From an uncultured bacterium (GTDB lineage: Bacteria > Fidelibacterota > Marinisomatia > Marinisomatales > UBA1611): DNA of 64,000 nt. The stretch lies in NCBI GenBank assembly GCA_943788175.1, contig CALSPG010000003.1, forward strand, positions 1 to 64,000. Direction: 5' to 3'. Positions 22,601 through 28,922 of this stretch are shown piece after piece (position 1 is the stretch's first letter; every line of letters begins with the position of its first letter). The position numbers and the translations under genes are program-made. Under the pieces are notes generated by a model that had not been told where the DNA came from, searched no databases, and saw only the letters and a list, made by a program, of their open reading frames with translations.

Positions 22601-25600
22601 TTAATTATCGATGAGACGCCTCATGACTATGCAAATTTAACTTATTCTAGAAAGTATGTAAACGGAGTGGATCATAGTCCGGTAATTACAATTAGATTTG
22701 ACCCGACAGATTTTGCTTATGATGCGCCAAAAATTTCAGCCACTTATGAAAGTAATAGTGTTCCATTAAACCCAACTACAAATGAATCAATGACTATAGG
22801 TTCTGATAGTAGTACTTATACTTATCAGATTGATATTCCTGGAGATAGGACAACAAATATTTATGACGGTGTCGTTACTCTATCGATTATTGCAACTGAT
22901 AAAGCAGGTAATCCTACTGATTCTGCTAGTGTAACAAATAAAAAATATTTGATTGTTGATAATACAAGACCAACTGTCCAATTTGAATATGAAAATGCGA
23001 CTTATGCGATAGCTAAAGATGAAAACAAAGGGAAGTCTGGACAGTTAATAAAAGTAGTCGCATTGCCCTCTGAGCCCATGTTCTTATCACCTGATTCTGA
23101 CAATGAAGTCGTAAAGCCAACATTATCTATTGATTCTTTATCATTACCTATTACTACAAATATTTTTCCGGCTTTGGATGGAGATTACAACAATACGGCT
23201 TTAGATGGAGATAGTATAAAATATTCTTTTACATTGCCAACAAAAACAGAATTTGATGAAGAAGTGTTCAATTTGAGATTGTTTATTAGTGGCACAGATT
23301 TAGCAGGAAATTCAGTAGACTCGCTGACTGGTTACACGTCAAGTACGGCTTTTAAGTTTGATAATAAGGCTCCAATTTTTGATCAGTTTCTACTTGCAGA
23401 TAGTTCTTTCATTCGGGCTTCTACATTAGGTTGGTACAATAGTGAAGATATGAGTTCTGCAAATGTTAAATTTAAGCCTGTGGGTGCATCTGCTAGTCCA
23501 GCTATTCTAACGGAAGGTGATCCGATTTCACTGACAGCTGACGTCTTTGATGAACTTAGCCGCGGTGCAAAAGGGCCGTATTCAATAAATAATAATACTC
23601 TATTAACTGCGGCTTTAGCTGACAGCAATACATATGATATTATTTTTCAAGGTACAGATATGGTTGGTAATGTTGGCATAGATACTATCAAACATGTTAC
23701 GTTTGATACTAAAGCGCCTACAGCAAAGGTGACTTACGAAACTGAGTATATAACATCTTTATCTCCAAAAGCTGGTACGATAATCAAGGTTACTTTTAAT
23801 GAGCTTCAAACTGTTGCACCAACTATTAGATTATTTTATGGTGGTGATTCTGCACAGAGCAAAGGCGGTGCTACTTGGATTGTTGATGATCTAGCTTCAT
23901 ACATAGATACGTTAAATTCTCCAAAGATTGACGAACCAATAGTAATGATTGATTCAACTGATGATGCAAGAACGTGGTATTATGTTATTGATTCAACTGA
24001 TGTACAATCAAATTCAGCAGATAATATATATGATGGTTTTGTATGGGCACAGCTGTCTTCTAATGATCTTGCTGGGAACTCATTTGATAATGATAGTCTA
24101 GTATTTTCTGATTTTGAAAACCTTTTATATTTTGATAATACTGAACCTACAGCAACTATTACTTACGAAAATCTTAGAGATTCACTTTTGACATCTTACG
24201 ACCCTAGCGGGATCGAATCATATTGTTGTTTTGCTATCTCTGGTGATACTGTTCTTGTAAAAGTAGAGATGAATGAAAAAGTAAAATACAATCCTTCTTC
24301 GCCACCAACGTTAAGTCTTGAATACAACTCTAATAGTGCTACAGATGGTAGTACAGAGATAGGCATTTTACCATTTCCTGTTCCAGAAGTAGATATTAAA
24401 GATGTGGGCGAGCAGACTGCGATGACATTCCATTATAGAATAGTCATTAAAGATAGCACGAAGAATGATGGTACGTTAAAAACAACATTAGTTGCAAACG
24501 ATAGGTCGGGTACTCCTGTTACAAATTATGGAAATAGTTCTCAAAAATCTGGGTTAATTAATTCTAGACTTGCACTAGAGATTGATAATATTCATCCCTG
24601 GGGGGATATAAGCTATCCTATATTTGCTGAGGGTCATTCCGAAGTGACGTTCCCTACGGATACATTTAAAACGACTGGATTTCGTGTAATTGAAAATTGG
24701 ATAAATAAAGCAACAGACAGTATTTATATTGACATTCCGTATCAAAAACCTTCCACAGATAGTACTCTTCTGGGAGAAGCTTCAGGTTGGGGGCCTCAAG
24801 CAAAAATTGATTTACAGATTCGTAATATTGATTTAGGTACAGGTCAGTGGCAGATATTTGGTAATGGAGATACAATAAAATCTGATCTTAGCTTTACACC
24901 CTTTGGTGATTATATAAATATGATTACAATTACTCGTGGTATCGAAGATTTAATACCAGAGACAATGCTTAATACAGGTGAAGGCGCATTTAACAGAATG
25001 CAATTCAGGGCTGTATTAGAGGATATGCATGGTAATATCACTTACGGACAACCTAGTGATGCATATAAAATGGAAAATAATTTATATTTCGTTGATTTAT
25101 CTAACGCCGATACAATTCGCTATGATATCGTATCGCCATCCCTTGGCGCTTACAACGATGGTAACTTTGCTGGTGCTGTTGGATCAAAATTAATTTCTAG
25201 TGATACAATTACAATTAGTTGGTCTGAGTTTACAGATCCGGGAGGTGCTGCTGCTTCAGGCGTTGATCTTTACGAACTGCAGGCTTATGTTTATCCTTCA
25301 ACATGGAATGGTGGGTCTTCCGCAGATACTCTTAATAGAATTGACAGCTTATTTACTGTCGATTCTAATTTAGATGGAATCGATGATCCAGGTTATTGGT
25401 ATAAAATATATAAAAATGATGCACCGTCGTTTAATAACCCCATAACGTTGAACGCATTAGATAGCGTTGTAAATGATCCTATATCAAATAGTGATATAAT
25501 TTATGATTATAATGATACCTTAAAGCATGAGCTTCATTATATGCTTTTTGTAAGAGCTTTTGATGTCGCAGGTAATGCCTCTGATACAATTTATACAAAT

Positions 25601-27709
25601 GCTATTCAGCGACTTAATTCGGCACCAGTTATCATTGATAATATTACCGATTTGATTTTGTATGAAGATATAGCTTGGGATTACGATACAATTAAAGTTG
25701 CTGACTTAGATTTATCAACGCTTCAAAATGATGCTTTTACATATTTTATAGAGCCAAAAAAATTAGTAAGCAACTTGTCTGGTGGTTTTGATACAAACAC
25801 TGTTTCAATTAACCCTCCAATTATAGATTCTTTTAATGGATTGGTTTCTTGGACGCCTATTCAAGATTCGACTCTGACGCTTCTAGGTCAGGATACAATT
25901 ATAGATCAATCTGGAGAATATCTCTTCACATTTTATGCAGAGGATGCATATGGATTTAGAGATACTATTAATTATAACGCAACCGTTAATGCTGTGAACG
26001 ATACACCTATTGTCGCAATTCTTGGCTCAGACCGTGAGCTAAGCTGGGCAGAAGATAAGCCAGCTTCAGAAGAGGTTAAAATAAATTTAAGCGATTACGT
26101 GAGTGACATTGATAATACTGACTCAGAGCTTTCATGGCAGTTTGTAATTATGGACACCTCCCAGCTTGATGAAGATTTTCCTTTGGCGAGTGTTATTATT
26201 GGACCTGGAACACCAAAGTCAGTGCAAACAAAACTGATGAAAGAATATTTAGGATTTGATCCTTCAAAAGGTGTGGATATTCCTACTCTTGCAAAAAAAT
26301 CAGGCAATACAACAATGAGATTGTTATCAGCGGCTAACTCACTTATCACAGTCGATATTGACACAACCACGGATGATAATATATATGCTGTGTTTAACAG
26401 TGATTCAAATTACCACGGATCAGACCATAGAATTATTTTTAGAGCAGAAGATCCATTTGGTGCCTATGATTTAGATACTGTAATCGTTAATATTTTACCT
26501 GAAAATGACCCGCCTATAGTAGCTGTGATTGATACAATTGTAATAAATGAAAATGATTCAATTTGGATTGATTTTTCTCAATTCACATCAGATGTTGATG
26601 ACTCCACCTTGACGTTTAGAATCGAAGGTATTTACAATACCGATTCGGTAAACTTTTCTAGTGAGCCGTATTTATCAGATGGATTTGGAGATACTGTTTT
26701 ATTTGACCCATTTGATCTGTGGTCTGGTTCTGCAAATTTTAGAGTAACGGCTTCAGATCAAGAAGCAGAAAGTTCTCAATTATTCACTTTGAATGTGTTG
26801 CGTGTACCGAGGCCAGATATTGAAGTCTCTCTTATTCAAAATAATGCTTTTTCTAGTTATGTGAGTATTATTATCGTTGATAAACAACAAAAAACAAAAT
26901 ACCTACAGCTTGAAGTTCAAAATCAGCGTATTGATATTGATACGGTAGGTGCTCATACTTATACTGGAGATTTTAGTTTTGGAATTGGGGGTGGTTATTC
27001 ATTTGATGTCCTCGCGGTAGCTGAAGTCGGAAAAACAATATATACTAATACTTTTAACCTTGCTCCAGCTAGAGTAGCTAATAGGTGGTATGCAAATAGT
27101 CCTGACGGGAGATTTAGTATTGCGGGTGATCCTGGTAGTGTTGATGCGGATCAAAATTTTCTAGTTCTTGACAGCTCCTTATTTGTCAAAAACTTTACAG
27201 ACCAAGCGTCATATGTACTTGGTAATGAATCGTATATCTTTAATAAGCCAATTGAAATAAATTTTGGTAGTGTAAGAGAAGACTTAGCGATTTATCAAAG
27301 AGAGAATGGTGTTATATGGAAAGAATTACCGTCATTAAGCCGTAATGGTCAAATACTTACTTTTACCGAAAACGCTGGATATTTTAGACTCGGGCCTAAA
27401 ACTATTATTGTACCTGAAGAAACAGATTTACATCAAAATTACCCGAATCCATTTAATCCATCCACAACAATTAAATACGATATTGGTTTAATGGACGGTC
27501 TTGAACAAAGAGTTAGTGTGAACGTTTATAATGTTGTTGGACAACAGGTTGCTACCTTAGTCAATAATGTAAGCCAGGTAGGTCAATTCTATGTGAAATG
27601 GGATGGTGCAGATAAGTTTGGTAAGTCATTACCCTCTGGCATTTATTTCATTCAATTAAAAACTGACTCTGGCATTATAAAAAATAAAAAAATGATGTTT
27701 TTAAAATGA
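9824..27709 (+). CDS. giant surface protein/adhesin (~5,960 aa reconstructed): signal peptide, Calx-beta repeats, Ig-like repeats, cadherin/tandem-95-like repeats, FlgD-Ig/T9SS type A-like C-terminal domain; split by ~6 apparent frameshifts
   Basis: Only the first ORF has a signal peptide and only the last has the CTD. The gap 10657-11084 reads on as Calx-beta (ITMVDDNVDEPDTETFTITLS) through shifts at ~10625, ~10683 and ~10768. Further shifts at ~16600, ~16723 and ~18198. Confidence 0.8.
11084..16633 (+). CDS. Calx-beta repeat fragment of the giant protein
   Basis: Repeated DDxxxE..E.V.V.L...HTYTIxDDD-P.I.F pattern and TATSGxDY motifs. Confidence 0.8.
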   Translation: MKADVFDEGLDNDNSVVETVIITLDGGNVSNLRVDNDAYANTTHTVNIRDNDPTPQLAFSSDGSVTAVSGAESVTSPTIKVLVTDGAGNLTPSALPITLNVTNHTSSAGTATIYSDATTPWDYKINGTTGSVTGVTIPAYSSEYAVPIVINSDAYYEGSDETVKFDITAGNNASGGTFTHTYTIGDDDAKPTIFFTNGASTITSTETGGSNITGTVDVQLSTVSAKAVDFTYSVTSYNAGSGDDAYLSNSIDDDGDGSTDESNEGDAANTDFDLPASTGSIAAVTNTTATSSSTQISYTHYVDKVDELDKYVELTVAVAVGESDATVASNGTQTQIIKLEDDDAAQQVSFSASSDESNDEGDTETITVLKLTDSTTPAQTNGTTSSEFTMKATIGVGSSANPATDGDTDDDFDLSTSGGTAIAAGASQVLTFGPSDASASISIAIDDDDLYEGGASGTAEDVKFELSSLVNAVAGGNPNMTYYIVDDENKPVISFDTDASNSVPSGNENTVSSPSITVIQDRRSIYPSTINYSADPSGGTASADDFTLEDGVAEIAALSTTTTIPLQIVSETKFEGNETVVIALDGSTVSGNTTPSGSNLSHTYTITNDDTKPTLEFSAVNKSGGSASASSPEEADGSVIITVSLSAITGVATNVSYTIASSTGASDADWSDGTTDYDSDASTNIITWAADESTISKTIVVNFTDDTIDEGDEIITVTLSGVSGGAQDGSTLLHTITLQDSDTPPIMQFTNSTASVNESDGNITIPLTLTHDGTNKQASDFGNAQMTWTINGLSTVTSNNSSTDYPNDITTATTGSIVINKGLTDGSIVISLNNDAIDEWDETLIVDLSSPVNATASGNQRITVTISDEDDASPTINFTSTALGSGTTETASANATINFTDHIRLTGKSGKDLWFSYTTEGGGAGTASPNQDYTPLTGTFKIVEDALAPSVTVPLVILADDVDELDEQTVKITISVLGADQNDDNSSYEQTSSAETAKNGNMVFTYTIDDDDDPPNAFFKNVDGDNDSEVGSIDESAGPKEIIVALSAGSERNITLYYSDASSGSATSGSDYSAITAFTPITINGAVGGTGATESTISIAITNDEIHEEDQTIVLSLLSTNASTSDMATISYASAGGGSGAEAINTYTLTIVNDEDPPKVNFTNGSAVTDAETTIDEDAGSVILNVELNRATEKTVTIPYTFSNDAVIPATGSTSTGAYPKDFYHTGFTDGGSLTISGDGSDVSQGATITINLLADAVDEWDEKVILNIGTPTNAEVGTVVTHTVIITDQSAAPTINFTTTAEGSGTSETASAAATINFTDHISLSSKSGKDLWFSYATDGSPGTATSGQDYTPVSGSFKIAAGSTTPASSIALPILSDTVDELDEQTVKVTLDVLGADQNNDNSVYEATSNALSAIEGSMVYTYTIDDDDAPPFAYFKNLDSVTGSESGTVDEGETKTITVALSSPSERDVVIYRSDAGTGNATSGTDYTAITAFSKLTTISGTAGGIGADTEVTFDVISTEDLIHEVDQTIVINLLTTASVTGDMDVISYASAGGGTGAQAVSAYTLTITDDEELPAVNFTDGSASALSTNTISEDAGTITVNVELSIATEKTVTIPFTFGSSSLPAATGADATGAYPIDFYHSGYSGGGSLTINGDGTDATPGASFVLNIQSDAIDEWNEKIEINLGDGPTNAQKGGTFQHIITITDASEAPTINFSSTSLDNGNTETNQASADFNLKDIIVLSSKSGKDITFSITTETDGNGATAAAPRDYTLINDTFTITAGNTAIADDLTLDILDDLYDETDQQTIVVDIAFVGADRDGDGSYDDPDADPAAAKWKHAIYLRD
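13703..16660 (+). repeat. internal ~1260-bp (420-aa) tandem duplication, two full copies plus a partial third
   Basis: PTINF...SGKD(L/I)xFS begins at 13703, 14963 and 16226 (spacings 1260 and 1263 bp). Confidence 0.85.
16723..18210 (+). CDS. Calx-beta repeat fragment of the giant protein
   Basis: IVDDNRWEDAETIVLEL and INVDGIDEFTEYLDINI motifs; joins both neighbours by frameshift. Confidence 0.75.
   Translation: MILGGTTLTERTVTGLISFKNTSTASNGSDLSTIVDPTSLIISDGINGTIFPGVTIVDDNRWEDAETIVLELTVDAGGAGNARIDTDNDETVITISDDPADEPTIEFFDADGNVTSAASVNESDLTYNVRIGISNGKISEKAISIGYAIDFSSSTARFDENDDGTSSNFPADFRKWGSSSTSIFSSTALDYTAPNTSASGTITILAGDAGTASAQTTFFTIPINVDGIDEFTEYLDINIGTVSNASKGDNKSLRLSIEDHADDVPVKYSFATASAGSAPSSSGAENTSPTFQVVLLDPNDQTQLKESGKPITLTWTIALDGTNGDDTKDVSEAIDFTLPDFLGNTTYSKNIIISPRTGSSTSAPTSYTIGTSDIDINEADVTFEATEYFKLSLASSDANAAVGSTNGATDEHYFSITNIDSRPEIILTDSDAGVTLYEQSSQGAKAHDFQFEISNSGTQKSELPIHAYFKIASTASGADNDADISYSGTYEAGRS
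18152..27709 (+). CDS. C-terminal fragment of the giant protein (Calx-beta, Ig-like DxAGN repeats, VNDTP/ENDPP cadherin-like repeats, sorting domain)
   Basis: 3185-aa ORF ending LHQNYPNPFNPSTTIKY...VYNVVGQQVATLV...WDGADKFGKSLPSGIYFIQL...KKMMFLK (from ~27413). Confidence 0.85.
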   Translation: MLIMMLTYHTLVRTKQGDLDYTYNDGPLLTNQIVTIPSPITASSTGSITLSVYDDILYELDETFVLEMYTFDAAQAAAASFRSVVGLTSESYATAPDGAKVDDTGYDNVVVTIKKDETDKPSVNFVDASNNAISAVTFNEDTTGAKYTVKIKASSSSSEAIIIPYSIFLDYEGDEKTARVGLENDTYPYDYYVANSSEPNFAITGDRSSNTVTADGFVVIPASNALAQNTEVSFDITINNDNIYEHDETITLKLGTTDNATLTNASLGSNVELILTLKNDGESKSSLAFSSTSANDNESDVIKNLPIFLSKENGKDIIFKYSVNSTDNYPSDGDRFYNALYPNNENIATKGIDYNFGSSITTNIDGDSIITIAAGQTTANIPLTIINDSYDEYDQVLRVSISVLSALVDNDAAENDDDSVYTFTIIDDDAEPYIRFEANVVAAETNSGTLTKNIEISLVDEDSNPVESEKTITASYIYDVTETSGDYTSASINGNGSYNEYEDDFFFENSSLSFSGRTYSYNSATKVFEETAGQNLKTVSLSIYGDALYEVDEYVNIELTPSDFVQNRELSSGDHSFVYTIQDDDDSPTVTWLEPSKNIQEGDPNDASGEGNYQNTDIKVTLSKLSGTDILVQYSEKAGGSAESGTDANYDFYLGTDNTDLSAIGVNTKSVIIPAATSASSDLTLSIPIDSWDDDIVEKTLTAEYENFFLQIDGYRDKGSDKIWATGDDGLTPVSSNNEVEITIVDNDSPPSDFTVGSILTKTTNTDTIVTSFWNPLTPGYWNKYNTGLTVKVPIEDNSKLVSGTVRLIAKVDGFAYNNIVTSAITITDSDLGDSITFNVSMQDFEGTEASPTAWFSDGNVVNISAVIADKDGNETQGSASLTTLTIDETAPFIAYYDLNSIASSGGTVVSNYWNSTNENFDVSLKVSAIDPSVSNGKIRILAGVGGDETSAVYEKLGSPVSILPSSNVIGGTVLASITKNEIESLKEFVENDSINVKGEVVDIAGNRTTLNISTTKTFIDTTAPQISSVRSVNTADDSNNDGLFGIDSVISLKFTFSESLTLTSGTATIGFNDASIADLEIQESSLQSVTTLTVPYTVQANDVSSKLTFTALNSVTGSFRDVAGNDMSVFTAVSGSSLEDLSTVEIDGLAPSSFTIDTLFVQGTNTAKGYWNSNSTSLIIPITNSKDQNGNETADGDPSLIGGKVQILGRVWNTSTDSPGAYVEVGTSTILIDGVGGGAEPSGSWNEASGILNYGQFPGKTLHFEIDAATMESALSVLANYPNESAANPEQNGKIDFAAIIIDKAGNPTQGTATSGSELIVDEVMPLDPEIGLPVSGYNYAITPSIDNYIEIVPDTVVGAGFSRTGFYNSTNTGVIFKSWIAFDDPNGAITIDRDVSLVDGNVQVQMASTNDASTATWSNIGDSVVVQQADIDAGFITIVVDSSNIESISGDFVEGKTLYFRNRVTDKAGNITFQSTVSNKSLIIDETPHDYANLTYSRKYVNGVDHSPVITIRFDPTDFAYDAPKISATYESNSVPLNPTTNESMTIGSDSSTYTYQIDIPGDRTTNIYDGVVTLSIIATDKAGNPTDSASVTNKKYLIVDNTRPTVQFEYENATYAIAKDENKGKSGQLIKVVALPSEPMFLSPDSDNEVVKPTLSIDSLSLPITTNIFPALDGDYNNTALDGDSIKYSFTLPTKTEFDEEVFNLRLFISGTDLAGNSVDSLTGYTSSTAFKFDNKAPIFDQFLLADSSFIRASTLGWYNSEDMSSANVKFKPVGASASPAILTEGDPISLTADVFDELSRGAKGPYSINNNTLLTAALADSNTYDIIFQGTDMVGNVGIDTIKHVTFDTKAPTAKVTYETEYITSLSPKAGTIIKVTFNELQTVAPTIRLFYGGDSAQSKGGATWIVDDLASYIDTLNSPKIDEPIVMIDSTDDARTWYYVIDSTDVQSNSADNIYDGFVWAQLSSNDLAGNSFDNDSLVFSDFENLLYFDNTEPTATITYENLRDSLLTSYDPSGIESYCCFAISGDTVLVKVEMNEKVKYNPSSPPTLSLEYNSNSATDGSTEIGILPFPVPEVDIKDVGEQTAMTFHYRIVIKDSTKNDGTLKTTLVANDRSGTPVTNYGNSSQKSGLINSRLALEIDNIHPWGDISYPIFAEGHSEVTFPTDTFKTTGFRVIENWINKATDSIYIDIPYQKPSTDSTLLGEASGWGPQAKIDLQIRNIDLGTGQWQIFGNGDTIKSDLSFTPFGDYINMITITRGIEDLIPETMLNTGEGAFNRMQFRAVLEDMHGNITYGQPSDAYKMENNLYFVDLSNADTIRYDIVSPSLGAYNDGNFAGAVGSKLISSDTITISWSEFTDPGGAAASGVDLYELQAYVYPSTWNGGSSADTLNRIDSLFTVDSNLDGIDDPGYWYKIYKNDAPSFNNPITLNALDSVVNDPISNSDIIYDYNDTLKHELHYMLFVRAFDVAGNASDTIYTNAIQRLNSAPVIIDNITDLILYEDIAWDYDTIKVADLDLSTLQNDAFTYFIEPKKLVSNLSGGFDTNTVSINPPIIDSFNGLVSWTPIQDSTLTLLGQDTIIDQSGEYLFTFYAEDAYGFRDTINYNATVNAVNDTPIVAILGSDRELSWAEDKPASEEVKINLSDYVSDIDNTDSELSWQFVIMDTSQLDEDFPLASVIIGPGTPKSVQTKLMKEYLGFDPSKGVDIPTLAKKSGNTTMRLLSAANSLITVDIDTTTDDNIYAVFNSDSNYHGSDHRIIFRAEDPFGAYDLDTVIVNILPENDPPIVAVIDTIVINENDSIWIDFSQFTSDVDDSTLTFRIEGIYNTDSVNFSSEPYLSDGFGDTVLFDPFDLWSGSANFRVTASDQEAESSQLFTLNVLRVPRPDIEVSLIQNNAFSSYVSIIIVDKQQKTKYLQLEVQNQRIDIDTVGAHTYTGDFSFGIGGGYSFDVLAVAEVGKTIYTNTFNLAPARVANRWYANSPDGRFSIAGDPGSVDADQNFLVLDSSLFVKNFTDQASYVLGNESYIFNKPIEINFGSVREDLAIYQRENGVIWKELPSLSRNGQILTFTENAGYFRLGPKTIIVPEETDLHQNYPNPFNPSTTIKYDIGLMDGLEQRVSVNVYNVVGQQVATLVNNVSQVGQFYVKWDGADKFGKSLPSGIYFIQLKTDSGIIKNKKMMFLK

Positions 27710-28374
27710 TGTTCTTAAATATATTTAAAAAAATGTCTCTAATTGCATTAATGCTTATTGCGACGAATTGTAGACAATCAGTCATTCCGACAGAAGAAGA
27801 TTTAGCTGGGTACGGGTGGACACTTTATGAAACTGGAGAGTATCAAGAGGCCAGGGAATGGTTTTATGATGCAGTTGCAAAAGATTCCTCTTATGCTGAT
27901 GGTTACAATGGAATAGGTTGGTGTTTTGGTAAACTAAGACAAGCTGATTCTGCTGCCGTATATTTTCATGAAAGCCAAACTAAGCCATTTGATGCTTATG
28001 ATACACCAGATTTAGATCTCGATTTATATGCCGGGTTAACATTCGCTTATAGTGGGATGAATATTGATTCCTTGGTTAGAGAATATTCTACATATGTCTT
28101 AGTAGAGAGGCCAGAGCTAGGGCCATGGTATTTTAGTCATGATTTGAAGATAAACCATTTAGATGTGAAACTAGAATTAGCTCTAGCAGACTTTAATATG
28201 GGATATTTTACTTCATGCAGAGATAATTTGCAGTCTATTTATAATGATTCTTATTACCAAAGTTTTCCTTCGAATATCGTTAAAGCACTTACAATGAATG
28301 TTGAAACTTTATCAGGCCGCGCAGAGCTAGCTCAGTTACTTCAGTCTTTACAACAAACACTGAAAAACATATAA
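27706..28374 (+). CDS. TPR-containing lipoprotein
   Basis: Lipobox-like LIATNC; TPR-like GWTLYETGEYQEAREWF...YADGYNGIGW; start overlaps the giant gene stop (ATGA). Confidence 0.7.
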   Translation: MMFLNIFKKMSLIALMLIATNCRQSVIPTEEDLAGYGWTLYETGEYQEAREWFYDAVAKDSSYADGYNGIGWCFGKLRQADSAAVYFHESQTKPFDAYDTPDLDLDLYAGLTFAYSGMNIDSLVREYSTYVLVERPELGPWYFSHDLKINHLDVKLELALADFNMGYFTSCRDNLQSIYNDSYYQSFPSNIVKALTMNVETLSGRAELAQLLQSLQQTLKNI

Positions 28375-28430
28375 ATACTCTGGACGATTTTTCTCCGTTT
28401 TCAACATCTCGAAAAGATGATTCTTTTTGG

Positions 28431-28865
28431 ATGAATGAAGCTTTTAAATTATCTGAAAAAGCTTTTTCAAATAATGAGGTTCCTATTGGAGCGGTAATTG
28501 TTTGTCATGAAAGGATAATTGGTAAGGGGTATAATCAAGTTGATTCGCTAGGAGACCCAACTGCTCACGCGGAAATTTTATCGATAACTGCTGCTGCTAG
28601 TACGTTGGGTGATTGGAGGCTAAATGAGTGCACTATTTATGTCACAAAAGAGCCATGCACAATGTGTGCTGGCGCTATAGTTAATTCGAGGTTTAAGCGA
28701 GTGGTTTTTGGTGCTTACGATAGTGAAAAAGGTGCTTGTGGTTCATTGTATCAAATTTGTGGAGATAAGAGATTGGGCTCTGGTACCGTCATTAAAGGTG
28801 GGGTACTTGAAAAGCAATGTATAAGTATATTAAAAGAATTTTTTTCAACCAAGCGTGATGATTAG
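28431..28865 (+). CDS. tadA: tRNA-specific adenosine deaminase
   Basis: EVPIGAV, DPTAHAE, EPCTMCAGA, GACGS motifs; the true start is probably upstream (in-frame CTG at 28380). Confidence 0.92.
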   Translation: MNEAFKLSEKAFSNNEVPIGAVIVCHERIIGKGYNQVDSLGDPTAHAEILSITAAASTLGDWRLNECTIYVTKEPCTMCAGAIVNSRFKRVVFGAYDSEKGACGSLYQICGDKRLGSGTVIKGGVLEKQCISILKEFFSTKRDD

Positions 28866-28922
28866 ATTACGAACTATTTATATTAAACTATTTAACAATG
28901 AACCTGCAAGAATGGGGAAATA

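Noticed and set aside
12371-26370. Numerous 60-135 aa antisense ORFs inside long genes
   Set aside because: Fully overlapped by well-supported genes on the other strand, with no recognisable motifs.
9824-27709. RTX/type I-secreted adhesin or prophage/mobile island
   Set aside because: No GGxGxD nonapeptide array or T1SS genes; it has a Sec signal and a CTD. No integrase, transposase or att-like repeats were seen.
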